Assembly (NCBI RefSeq): GCF_964204645.1
Contig: NC_134027.1
Location: 22,530,560 to 22,594,559, forward strand
Direction of reading: 5' to 3'
Source: Tubulanus polymorphus
Lineage: Eukaryota > Animalia > Nemertea
Length of the DNA stretch: 64,000 bases
Under the pieces are notes generated by a model, which was not told the origin of the DNA, did not search any database, and was given only the letters and a program-made list of their open reading frames with translations. Position numbers and translations under genes: made by a program. Below, in pieces: positions 52,567 through 63,863 of this stretch. The first letter of the stretch is position 1; the number at the start of each line of letters is the position of its first letter.

Positions 52567-54739
52567 TTCGCAGTTCACTCTAGCCCCGTCTCGTCGTCGG
52601 TCCTGGCTTGGTTGTATCTGTCTATCCGGTAAAACAGCCCTCAAAAACAAGTCACGAGCGTCAATTCGATGTTAACATGTTGTTGTTTTCCTTTCAGCTG
52701 TCAATTTTTCGTGTTTCCCACAATCGCCGCTAGCACCGCCTACCGGAATATCGTGTCACGGCTGTCACTAAACTCCGGATTTCGAATTGTATGAAATTCA
52801 AATTAACTTTTATTTCTATAAGATCTTTATTGATTCTACCATGTACGGATACAGCGGCCAGGAAGAAGACTGCTTGACTGTCCATTCTGCACCACCTGCA
52901 TTCGCAGTCGGTGGAGACCGGCAGCCAGTCTAAATAGTCAGGATGCCGTCAAAGCAAGTGCCCTCTCAAAAAGTCTTGAATAAAAACGAAAAACAGGCCC
53001 AAGATTTCAAATCTACCGGACCGCGAACCCTCAAGTTTTTGTAATGAAATTGGAATCTTGAAGCAAACGGCATCCGGTCCCGGTCCCGAATCGAACGGTA
53101 TTTCTCGAACGGCACTAAATTAATGAAGCTGTATAGGCCTGTATTGAAGATGACAATTTAGTCATAGTGTTCGCATCAATGTAATACATGTATATTCGCT
53201 ACAAGAATTCAATCTTTCGTTCTATTCTCAATTCAACACGTAAGTGAAATCTCGCTTACCGGTGTTTGGTTTGCTGAAAACAATTCGTTGATGGGCTGAG
53301 GGGCCACTATTTTCTAACGGATGAATTATATTCCGGCGTTTAAAGTTTTTTGCTTAACCTAGGTTTAATTTGTTTACGGTTCTATGGTGGAAGCAATGCT
53401 GCAAGTATCCACAACACGGTTCGTTCAATAAGGTGAGACTCGTTTTTTCGGAGCATTCATTACATTTCTTCGTTCGTTTGAATATTTTTCAGATCATGTT
53501 TGTGGCCGCTACAATATAATTCTAACGTGGGCCTAGAGGGGATGTCTGAACTGCTGTATATCACAAAAAAACCTAACGATGAAAATTGGTTTCAGTGTCT
53601 AACTAAAGCCACAAATTGAAAAATTAGGTTTGGGAGTACGTTTTTCAGAACACAACTGTACACCTGGGTCCGACCCCACAACACCGAGAGGAATGGAATG
53701 AAATACATACACAACGGGGTACCTTATTTCGTCTTTACTTTTATACATATAGTTATATTTTCAATATCATAAAAAAGGGAGTTTGCCATTGCAAATTTAT
53801 TACAGTTTCTTTACTGCTATACATGAAGCTATACAAATTAAGTTCTACACTTGTTTTTAGCCTCCATCGCTTTTCAGCTCACCATCGATTGATTTTCATT
53901 TCGGTGAAGTTGGATTCAAATTGACTTTCACTTGCTCATCATCGTCGCATGAATAAATAATAAATGGCAGTGGTAAGTGCTTGGTACATACGCGTGTTCC
54001 CTGTGGCCTTCTATAAATTAAGCGTATTCTCTTACACGAAAACACACTCGAGGAGACGAGCCACCGTGGAACTAGTCAACATCAGGAAAAGGTATGGAAA
54101 ATTTAGAAAACCATAAAGCCGCAAAGTAGTGGTCTGAACTATAGGAACCTATACAAGATATTTTACTCTCCTCCATTCGAATCGAATACGTAGCTTGTCA
54201 CAAACCGATAGGCCACTATAGGCCCACTCATTCCTGGTGAGAACATTTTTTGATACTGGCATGGACAAATTGAGTACAGTCTCATCCTTTACCCTAAATG
54301 CTGAGACGAGTGAAACACTTAACAACGTGAAATCATATAGTCTGCATCAGAAAAAAGTAAGTGAAAATAAGTATAGCCGCTAAGCAGCGTTTACGGTTTT
54401 TTCGCGTTGATAATATTCCCATCCGAAATAAGTGATCTTAACCCACACTGACTCATTCAATATCGCATCGGTAAATCTACAGATTAGAGTATTCGAGAGG
54501 ATGCGAAATACAGGAATATTACTCTTAATTTCAAAGCGCTACTTTCCTGACAGTGTTTTATCTATCAATGATGGTATCAGTCTCATGGCAATGCTAGAAT
54601 TTTGGCCATGCTTTGAAATACAGAATCGGTTTGTAAATTGTTGTCAGCCCAATGGAATTTTTTCGCTCTTATCGGGAGAACTACATTCAGATGATTACAA
54701 AAAATATGAACTTTTCAAATGTATTTTTTCAGACCTAGA

Positions 54740-55149
54740 ATGTTGAGTAAGTATATAATCATATGTATGTGCGTATAAGTTATGTCGTCAGTATACGAAT
54801 GTATTGTTATAGTACGTAGCATAACCGTCATCAGACGTACGTGTCTCCTAGGGTATAAGGCTTCGTACTATGTCAGCTTCATAAATCGGATATGAATACC
54901 ATATTTTGTTAGCTATTATCCTTCACTATTCTTTCTAAGTTTTTTTGATTTCATATGATATAATTTGGAAAAAAAATGTTTTTAACGTTCTTTCAATTTC
55001 TTTCAGGTCAACTGATTACATTCGCGCTTCTGTTTTGCGTCATCTTTGCGTCGGTCTTGACCCAGGCCGCGGTCGCTGAAAGAAAGGACAGAGTGAGGAG
55101 CAGATTGCGCAGAGGTTGGGATTGGAGTAGCACCCAAACATGGGGATAA
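54740..55149 (+). CDS. Secreted amidated-peptide precursor, copy 1 (49 aa): MLSQLITFALLFCVIFASVLTQAAVAERKDRVRSRLRR-GWDWSSTQTWG*
   Basis: 14-nt micro-exon 54733-54746 (ttcag/ACCTAGAATGTTGA/gtaagt) supplies ATG TTG A; exon 55007-55149 follows a strong polypyrimidine-cag acceptor. Hydrophobic signal peptide, RxRR site and terminal Gly. The same structure is conserved in the paralog at 61003-61418. Putative non-coding exon-1 donor at 54357. Confidence 0.8.
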
Positions 55150-55740
55150 GGCCGTTAGAATAGACCATGCACTGACCGATATCAATCTCGTTTTCTTAAA
55201 TTTCGTTGCTGTACTTGGTGAAAATATCAGCTGTTCCTCTTTGGCTAAAGGCGAAAAGAATCCAACATAATGTATTATATTTGTCTTTCAAGTCATCTTT
55301 AAGCCAATTGGCGAATGATTCTTTTAGAACATTTCTACATATTTAATTTGGAAAAAGCGGTTAAACGACAGACACAGAGTCAGGTAGATCAGTCTAATAT
55401 ATATGATTTAACGTACTTGCAAATATCTACTCCAAAATAATATATTACAAACACGTGTAGATTAAATGAGATATTCACTTAAACAGAGACAATTCAATGC
55501 ATACATTACAAGTAGTACTAATGTATAGTAGCTTCATCAGGTGAATAAGTGATGATGAATCTATTATAGTGCATTAGGTAGCGAAAGCTCGTGAGTCTCG
55601 TCGTATATATTCTACACCCGGTGACACGGTCTTCTCCACGAATCTGAATAAACTGGTTCATCTCTCGCGTCATAGATATCGTCATCGTAACGAAATAAAT
55701 TGCGTCCTCGCTGTGAACGTATATATCTTTTGATCTCTAA

Positions 55741-56991
55741 AGGCTGGCTTATGTCGACAAGCAACGCGACGCCTACCGACTCCTACCGACGCAACTGAGA
55801 GCAACCGCGATCGCATGCTCGTATGCCAGGGGTCAGGTATCACTCCCGAACTCGCTTCCCACCAGCCTCCTGGCCTCACGAAGCGTGATTTCATCACTAG
55901 CGCTGTTGCGCATGACGTCATATATCGATTTGCGAAATACTTCCTTGTTCAGTAAAACGTTCGCTGATTGGTCTATTTAACGGGAAAACCAATAGAAGCC
56001 TATAGTCGTTTGTTACAAGCGCTGTGATTGGTACGACCGGATTCTGGTCGGCTAGTAACGACTCCAACGGCTCGTGAGGTCAAGGGGTTCGGCGAACAGC
56101 TTTAGCGTAGTGGGTTCGAATCCCTTGACGGGTGAAGATGCCGCGATCGCAACCAGCCTGGTACCTACGGAAGCCCCTTAGTAACATATGAGTTTTTTTC
56201 ACAATTTCCACTTATTAAGTCGAAATTCGATAGCAACCACGATCGCAGCCCAGCTTATGTCGACTACGCTCCGATTCGCAGCAACTGAGGCCGACTAGCG
56301 GGATATGAGATCCTCCCAGTTGCTTCCCTGCTTATGTCGGTTGCGATTACTAGCAACTGCAACGGCTCAAGTGGTCACATGATAAGCACTTTGAGAATGA
56401 ATTTGAATTATTAGGAAATATATTTCTATTAGAAAAGCTATTTAAGACTTTGATCTTTTCGATTCTGTTTTGAATACAATGGCTAGCGACATCTATAAAG
56501 ATGGCCGCTCACACCATAATTCTACAAATTTCGTTTCTAGATCTTCGGTCCAGTGCTCTGCCGTGCTGAAGGTTTGGTTTACGTTTTGAACTACTTGAAT
56601 TTGAAAGTTTATGAATACGAATACGAATACGAATATTTATTACGACTAATTACGAATGACGCTAACTAGCGGTGATAATTTGTACTATGTATATGCGGTC
56701 TCTCATTGGCTGGAACCCCTGCGCTCAGTTCCGTCGCGTCGCAGATGAGCTTATGTCGGCTGCGATCGAAAGCAACTGCCTGCCTACCGTAGGCCGGAGT
56801 AGAACATGGGCAACTAGCCGGATACGGCTTGCGACGAGTCGGTAGGCGTCGCGTTGCCATCGCAAGCCGGCTTAAGTCGAACCGATTGAGGAGCAACTGG
56901 CGGCCACTCGTAGGCCGCTAGTTGCCGCTAATCGGCGATAAACCCAGTTGCGTCGGTAGGCGTCGCGTTGCTTCTCGACATAAGCCAGCCT
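55741..56991. mobile_element. 1.25-kb non-autonomous DNA transposon with ~40-bp TIRs
   Basis: AGGCTGGCTTATGTCGACAAGCAACGCGACGCCTACCGAC ... GTCGGTAGGCGTCGCGTTGCTTCTCGACATAAGCCAGCCT; internal GCTTATGTCG repeats. TSD unclear (PIF/Harbinger-like ends, unconfirmed). Confidence 0.85.
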
Positions 56992-57070
56992 ATACAATCG
57001 ACCCCCATAACGCCCCCCCCCCCCCCATATACTGCTTCCCATATACTGCTATCGATATATCGGGGTTGAC

Positions 57071-57408
57071 TCGTCCTCCCCGGCAGGGATTCGAACCTGA
57101 TGGCATCGAGATTGCCACGGTACGAAACCCTGCCACACTAGACCGAGTGCGCAGCTACACGCGCAGCTTAGATGATGTCATTATCAGCCAATCAGATATC
57201 CCGTTTTATTTTAGCCCGGGTTTTCCTATTTAAAGTCCGTCCGTGAAATTTACCTCAGCGATTATACGAGCAATCTGATTGGTGCCGCAAAATTTCGCGT
57301 GGCAAAGCTGAGCATGGACCTGCGCACCCGGTCTACTGTGGCAGGGGTTCGTGCCATGGCTGAGTGTAACGATGCCATCATGTTCGAATCCCTGCCGTGG
57401 GAGGATGG
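57071..57408. mobile_element. Foldback MITE with long TIRs and 7-9-bp TSD (GG)GGTTGAC
   Basis: ~120-bp inverted arms containing GGCAGGGATTCGAACCTGATGGCATC; GGGGTTGAC at 57062-57070 and 57407-57415. Confidence 0.8.
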
Positions 57409-57815
57409 GGTTGACTGTATTTGATAGTTTGCTACGCCTATCACATATTTGAGTATTGTGTTAGATTGTGTTAGCATTGATTTTCGACTTGCAGTCAGTC
57501 AATTCGTCTCATAAGGGATTATAATGAATTTAGTGACAAATGTATTTCTTGAAAAGAATCTAAAGAATTGATTTTGATTCGCTGCCAAAAACGAAAATAG
57601 TCCAGATGCTTTCATTTCTAACAAATGAATGGTGATTGTATTCAATTCGTATAACCTCACTAAGTGGATATATCAATTCCTTTTACATAAAGCGTTTTCT
57701 GGCAATACTGGCAATATTTGTACACGGCGACACAACTCATCAGTCCGCCGCATTGCCCGGGTTTGATTTACGAATTAATAAGTTAGAGCCAGTGCATAAC
57801 GGTTGTGTTGCATTC

Positions 57816-58763
57816 ATGAATTTCACACAGATGCGGTTTGGTCGCCCCTTTAGCAGTTACTTCGTCCTCTTGTCTTTGGAGAACCAATTTGGGAGCCACC
57901 GTACGGTATCATTGGTCGTACTGCCTACCCTGTTTCTGTCGGGAGCCTTTGGCAATTCAGCTACTTTCCTGATAATGATAAGTCGCAGATTTCGGAGTTT
58001 ATCTTACGCTAACTATCTGATCGTTTTGTCCCTGAGCGATTTTTTGTTTTGCGTCAATCTTACGTTGATGCCCGTTTTACAGTTTGTTCTCTTACACCTA
58101 GAATCTGGACCTATATTCTTCGTTAATTCATTGATCAGTTGTCAAATGTACGAATTCATAATGGGATTGATATCCGCAAACAGTTCGTGGTTGATAGTAG
58201 CTATATCTCTAGAACGTGCGGCGGTCGTGCTCTTCCCGTTCACATCTCGTTTGATATGTACACCTAGATTCGCCCGATGCGCCATTGTCATTATTTTCGT
58301 AGTGGACGCATTAGTAATCGGCATTCGCCCAGCTCTATTATTGGAATTCTCTGACCAGCTTTTCATGGGATGTTACTTCAAATTATCCGACGAGTCGTCA
58401 CTTTTTATCACATTTTCCACCTATGTTTACGTTTTTCCTTTAGCTTTCATAATCGTATCAAATTCTGTGATAATCATTCAGTTATTCAGGGGTTCAGAAT
58501 TGATTACGGCCGACAAGAAAACTACAAAATCAAAACGTACAACAATAATGCTCGTAACAGTTTCACTCGCATTCACTATATTTACACTACCAATTTCTAT
58601 AAGCATATTCATACCGTTGCCCGCGGACCAAAAAGTATTTTTGTACGATGTATTCATACAGTTCCAAATGTGTAACTACGTCATCAATTTTTACATATAT
58701 CTTTTACTGGGACGAGAAATTCGTGAATATTTCTGTTCAAAAGTTGGCTGTAAAATCAAATAA
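57816..58763 (+). CDS. Intronless rhodopsin-family (class A) GPCR, peptide-receptor/FMRFamide-receptor-like, ~315 aa
   Basis: Seven hydrophobic segments; TM1 GN, TM2 LSLSD, TM3 Cys and ISLERA (DRY variant), TM6 TIMLVTVSLAF..FTLP, TM7 INFYIY. Likely start ATG 57816 gives an N-F-T sequon; the frame is open from 57636. Confidence 0.9.
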   Translation: MNFTQMRFGRPFSSYFVLLSLENQFGSHRTVSLVVLPTLFLSGAFGNSATFLIMISRRFRSLSYANYLIVLSLSDFLFCVNLTLMPVLQFVLLHLESGPIFFVNSLISCQMYEFIMGLISANSSWLIVAISLERAAVVLFPFTSRLICTPRFARCAIVIIFVVDALVIGIRPALLLEFSDQLFMGCYFKLSDESSLFITFSTYVYVFPLAFIIVSNSVIIIQLFRGSELITADKKTTKSKRTTIMLVTVSLAFTIFTLPISISIFIPLPADQKVFLYDVFIQFQMCNYVINFYIYLLLGREIREYFCSKVGCKIK

Positions 58764-58902
58764 CCAATCGAATGACCTAACTTTCGGGTTCGGATTCAAA
58801 TTCAACCGACACAACTGCACAACTGGATCACTAGTGAAATACGGGTTCGTTTTCATTCTGGACGCAGATCATGAGCTGATTCATTAAAATCATCCCGCAA
58901 GT

Positions 58903-59345
58903 CCGATCTTTTCTCGGATGAAGCAGGTTTTACACGATACAAGTCGTAGCGGCGTAACAAATAAGGATCCACCGTCGTACAATACGTCCAGTCTTCAGCG
59001 CTTTGAATACTTTCTTTCAAGCGCATGTACCAACTTATCATAGAAACCATTCACTCTAACACATAATGAGATGACACTCATATATATCTTTATTTCTGTG
59101 TGGCTTTAAGATAAGATTGTGATTCGCGGGTCTAGATTACCAGGTCGGGATACTAAGATTCTTCCTATCAGATAGGAACAAGATTCGGGACGAGCCAATT
59201 TCTAATCATGCATGCAATTTAAATACTTGGTTGTTTAACTGGGGCTGTGTCATCGACCTGAAATGAATTCGAAAACGACGGAAGCAATATGATATACGTT
59301 TATTTATCAAAAGGAGCTGAAGCACGCGCCAGCTGCTGCAAACGG
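58903..59345. repeat. Segmentally duplicated block (copy at ~61880-62300)
   Basis: CCGATCTTTTCTCGGATGAAG(C/T)AGGTTTTACA(C/T)GATACAA ... CTGAAGCACG..CCAGCTGC shared colinearly. Confidence 0.85.
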
Positions 59346-59509
59346 GATAAGTAAAAATCAATTTGATCATTAATTCTAATAATAAAAATAATTTATTTTT
59401 CATTCAACTTAAAGTACAAGATATAATAACGACAATAGTGAAGAGAAATAACAGTTAAATGAAGGAAGCAGTGAAAGCCTAGAGGCTGCACAGACTGCAC
59501 CTGAAAACA

Positions 59510-59645
59510 ATTATAATAACTATAGCAGTAATAATAAAAATAATAATAATAATTATATTTTTATTATTATTATTATTATTATTAATAATTATGATTATAA
59601 TTACAATTATGATTATAATTATAATTATAATTATAATTATAATTT
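59510..59645. repeat. (AAT/ATT)n low-complexity microsatellite
   Basis: Seen directly. Confidence 0.9.
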
Positions 59646-60182
59646 AACTTTTCATATACATTCGATCTTCTAATCGATTTCAAATGTCCCCTTGATCGAC
59701 TGTTAAGCTGGGGAAAACGCCAAAGCAATCCGGCATGGTTAAATCATCGGAGGCTGCAGCAAAAGTCATAAAACTTTGCGAAAAAACTATATCGGAAAAT
59801 GGGGAATCTACTGGTAGTTGAATATGGAACTTTCTTTTTTGTCGGTGGTTTCAAAGAATAGTCAACGGTGAAATTATCACCAATGGAAAAGTCTATTGTG
59901 AAACTGTCGCCATCGGGGTTTGATTTTCACCGGCGATTACAGTTCAGACTGTGGATTTCGCTATGAAAATCTATAGAAATCAGTATGCTGTACATGATTT
60001 GGGCATTCGGATCGCGCTTCCTGCATCAGCTGTATTCCCATGAATTGAATTGCAATTTGGTGTTTTGGTCAAGTTGGAGTCATATTGCTTTTTCTCGCTC
60101 GTCATTGACAAATGAACAAATACAAACCGCACCCTGTAAGTGCTTGGTACACACACTCGTTCAATACTGGCATGCTGGCAAC

Positions 60183-60288
60183 TATAAATCAAGTATATCA
60201 GTACCAACCTGTACCCTAAACCGGGAACACGCCGAGACGAGAGTGAAACCACACCACACCGTGAAACTATAGTCTGCATCAGAAAAAA
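60183..60288 (+). promoter_or_regulatory. TATA box and putative non-coding exon 1 of peptide gene copy 2
   Basis: TATAAA at 60183-60188 and a GTAAGT donor at 60289; homologous blocks at 53973-54097 (TATAAA 54012), 54250-54400 and 62540-62700. Confidence 0.55.
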
Positions 60289-61002
60289 GTAAGTCGAAGC
60301 AAATATAGCCGCAAAGCAGCGCTAACGGTTTTTTATGATATTGGAACTGAAAAATGCACGTTGATGTATATCGTGATGACAACACCATTTTTTCCATTGT
60401 TTCCATTCGGATTCATCTCTATTCCGTCTAAAAGACTACTTTCCGACGGTTTTTTTCGACGAAGTATCAAATGTATCTAAAGAAAATCAAAGCCTTCCAT
60501 CCAGCATAATGTTGTCATTTCGAATTGACCATCTTCGTACGTATATCTCGAATGAATATAATTGGCTAATGTTTCTTTTGCCAATTTCAACAATTACTTG
60601 GCGCACGGATTTTTATTCAGGAAAAAAATCAGGGGCGGAATGGGATAAAATGGGAAAAAAATCATTAACGGCTTCTTGAGATGGAACAAAACCAGGAGAA
60701 ATAACATACGAGTACTTTCCACATAATATGTCGAAAGGACTGCAGAAAAAGATGAAAATGAGTTGAAATTATGATGAATTTAATTCAAGTGACATGAGAA
60801 TTAAATGAAGAAAGAGAAGTTGATTCAATTGAATCACTAGATTGAGAATTAAGGTGGTCATGATAAAAGATAAACTTTCTATTTTGATTTGATAACTTAA
60901 GCGGAATCTCGGCAGGTGGGTCCGTACTCCAAGTAATTAGAAAAAGCCTTGTCACCATCAGTTTATATGTATATATTTTCAAATTCATTTTCCAGGTCGA
61001 AT

Positions 61003-61418
61003 ATGTTGAGTAAGTATCTAATCCAATCCGTATTATATCCCTTATCCGCGAACGAACTGAGATATGATGAATAAGACATACAAGTCTCCCAAGGCTTCGT
61101 AATGTGTTAGCGTTACAAATCGGATTTGAGGTAGGGTAAGAATCTCAAATGTCAAAACTTCTATCATTCAGAGTTAAGTGTTTGGTTATTTATTTTTTTC
61201 ATTTTCTATTTCTTTCCTATTTTTAACTTTCATTTTCTTGTTTTTGTCAATTGATTTCAGGTCAACTGATTATATTGGCGCTTCTGTTTTGCACCATCTT
61301 TGCGTCGGTCTTGGCCATGGCCGCGGCCGCTGATGAACAGGACAAAGTTAGGAGCAGATTGCGTAGAGGTTGGCTCTCTAGAATATGGGGCCCGATGAAA
61401 TTTACTAGAAAGGGATAA
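61003..61418 (+). CDS. Secreted amidated-peptide precursor, copy 2 (54 aa): MLSQLIILALLFCTIFASVLAMAAAADEQDKVRSRLRR-GWLSRIWGPMKFTRKG*
   Basis: 14-nt micro-exon 60996-61009 (tccag/GTCGAATATGTTGA/gtaagt) plus exon 61261-61418; prepro region 28/38 aa identical to copy 1; ends Gly-stop. Confidence 0.8.
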
Positions 61419-61675
61419 GAGCGACAAAATCATATCGACCATAAGCTGATATAGTATATACCTTGAGATAACTTTTCAAGTTCCGTTGCTTTTCTTGGTA
61501 AAAAAATATATGTTGTTCTTATGGCAAAATTCGAAAAAAAAACTGCATTTTGTTTGTGTTATGTTAGCAGGATGTTGTCTGTTTAAACTGGTTCGCTGTA
61601 GCGTTGTCGAAACGAAGTAAAACGCCCTCGGTGCTTTCGTTTTCACGATAAGTCGAAATCTTCTCGCTAGAAAAA

Positions 61676-61783
61676 AACGTTAGACCTAAGTTATTCAGGT
61701 TATATAGAATATTCCTTATTCAAAGACGAACGTTAGACCTAAGTTATTCAGGTTATATAGAATATTCCTTATTCAAAGACGAA
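61676..61783. repeat. Two-copy ~53-bp direct tandem duplication
   Basis: AACGTTAGACCTAAGTTATTCAGGTTATATAGAATATTCCTTATTCAAAGACG repeated exactly. Confidence 0.9.
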
Positions 61784-62539
61784 GGTTAAGATCAGAAGTT
61801 GGGTATTTTCGGAGAAAGACGGATGCGATTGTCATATCATTTTACGGTGAAGGAAAATCGAGGAACTGGTTTATTCGGACCGATCTTTTCTCGGATGAAG
61901 TAGGTTTTACATGATACAATTCGTAGCGATGTGGCGGGTATTAAGGATTCCCCAGATAAACTCTTAACACAAAATGAGATCAAACCCATACATATATTTC
62001 ATTTCTACGTGGCATTCAAAATGATATTATGATTCACGGGTGTGAATGTCCTAGTCGGGATAATGAATGAACATATTCATATGGTAACAAAATTCGCGTG
62101 CTCAATGATCTGAGACCAGTACCAAAGATTCTAGCGACAAGTCAATTTTTGATTGAGCAAACAATTCAGATATCTGGTGGTGGGTTTTATTCTGGGGCTA
62201 CTTTCATATACCCTGGAAATAAATTTGAAAAACAGAAGGCATATGACATACGTGTATTTACCAAGAGGAACTGAAGCACGCCAGCTGCCGCAAACACGAT
62301 ACGGGAAAATGGGAGCGTGAAAACTGAATTGATTGTCCATCACCTCCCCGTGTTTTATACTCACTGGTCACGTCAATCCAGGGTTAATGGGTTCAAACCC
62401 TGGTGGCGACAGAGTTTCTTGGTCGAAGGTTATCTTGTCTGGTCTCTCCCCCATTGGGAAAAAGAAACATCGAACCCGCTTATAATGCCCTGCGTGGCGC
62501 TTAGCGGGTTGAGGGTGTTTAGACAAAATTTAAAAGAAT

Positions 62540-62705
62540 AAAATAAGTATATCAGTCCCATCAGGTAGCTAAGCCGGGAACACGCTGAAACGAGTGAATC
62601 CACACAATATCGTGAAACATCAGAAAAAGGTAAGTCGAAACAAATATAGCCGCAAAGCAGCATCGACGGATTTTGTAATTTTGGACCTTAAATATACGTT
62701 GATGT
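62540..62705 (+). pseudogene. Relic third copy of the peptide gene (5' exon and intron start only)
   Basis: AAGTATATCAGT..CCGGGAACACGC..CATCAGAAAAAG/GTAAGTCGAA..ATATAGCCGCAAAGCAGC matches 60190-60320; no micro-exon or coding exon follows within the window. Confidence 0.6.
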
Positions 62706-63341
62706 TTATTGTAACCGACTGGTTGTTGTTTCGGCAGGCTTCATCTGTAACCGTCAGTCTGGAGAACTAGCATTTACGATTGAAGCCCACCAAAAATATT
62801 CAAAAAATGGGGAAAGGGTCGATATTACCAAGACTGAAAACTCCTTAAATATAAAATAAGACTCGTGAAATACATTTCATTACAAAATCAACGCCAAAAT
62901 TCACCACTGTAATTGTTACGAAATTAACGTGTTTTGAATGGCCATGAAAATTGAGTCGAACCAAAAACAAGAAATAAGGATTCTTTCATTGCGTACGTTC
63001 AATAAGTTTACGCAATGAAAGAATCCTTATTCTCCTCGACAGAAATAATTGGTCCTCTTTACTAATAAAGCTGCTCCGGGACTTGTGTTCAATATGGAAA
63101 CCATTTCTACGAATGCACAGTCTAAGCTCGATGTCTCTGAATGTTTTACATTATTCATTATTCTTTATTATTATTAAAAATTCCAGTTGTACACATTTTT
63201 GGAGTTGTACAATTAAGTAAACAATAAAATGTACGACAATTTGAGAATTTACGATTTACTGATTGTCACCGTTTCAAGTCCACACTTAATACAGGTTAAA
63301 GTTGTATGAAGTGAATTAAACTTGAAATCAATTGTTATTTT

Positions 63342-63863
63342 TTACTGAATTTCTACAGCGGATATTTTCATACAGAAATATTTGCGAACTTCCCGTCCCA
63401 ATAAAAGGTATATGTAAAAATTTACCGAAAAGTTACAAACATGGAATTAATTGAAAATGTCATATAGAAACTCTCTCTGTTCCGGGGAGTGTAAAAAAGT
63501 AACAATAGTGGTTGGAAGTGTGAACATTGCAAATGCGAGTGAAACTGTTACGAGCATTATTGTTGTACGTTTTGATTTTGTAGTTTTCTGATCAGACGAA
63601 ACGATTTTTGAACCTCTGAATAACTGAACGATTATAACAGAATTTGATGAAATGATCAAGGTTAATGGTATTATGTTTACGTGTATGTCAATTACGGAAA
63701 AAAGTGTTATTTGGTCAAATATATCTTGGTGGTAACATCCGAAAACTTCATCGGGAAAATGTATCGAAAAAGTAGGTAAAAGACATAGAACCAGCACATT
63801 CACTGCGGTAATTATCATTATAACAAATCTAGCGAATCTCGGTGTACATATGAAACGAGATAT
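63342..63863 (-). pseudogene. Pseudogenised paralog of the 57816-58763 GPCR (TM4-TM7 part)
   Basis: Strong similarity (SRFICTPRFAR, SNSVIIVQLFRGS, KTTKSKRTTIMLVTVSLAF). In-frame TAA at 63447-63449 where the paralog has Gln, then VNFYIYLLLGREVRKYFC to the stop at 63342. Similarity ends abruptly upstream of ~63863. Confidence 0.85.

Noticed and set aside
55003-55185. Minus-strand ORFs 55003-55185 and 61257-61442 that resemble each other
   Set aside because: They are antisense shadows of the + strand prepropeptide exons, which have the splice sites and signal/cleavage logic.
56095-56125. GGTTCGAATCCC as a tRNA gene (also ~12481 and ~46845)
   Set aside because: No full cloverleaf or acceptor stem; the motif lies inside transposon or SINE sequence.
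57636-57815. 60-aa N-terminal extension of the GPCR ORF
   Set aside because: It begins at a TTG codon; the first in-frame ATG at 57816 gives a typical N-terminus with a glycosylation sequon.
58853-59050. Minus-strand ORF with dibasic sites in duplicated block A
   Set aside because: The duplicate at ~61880 shows mostly amino-acid-changing differences and a broken frame; no signal peptide.
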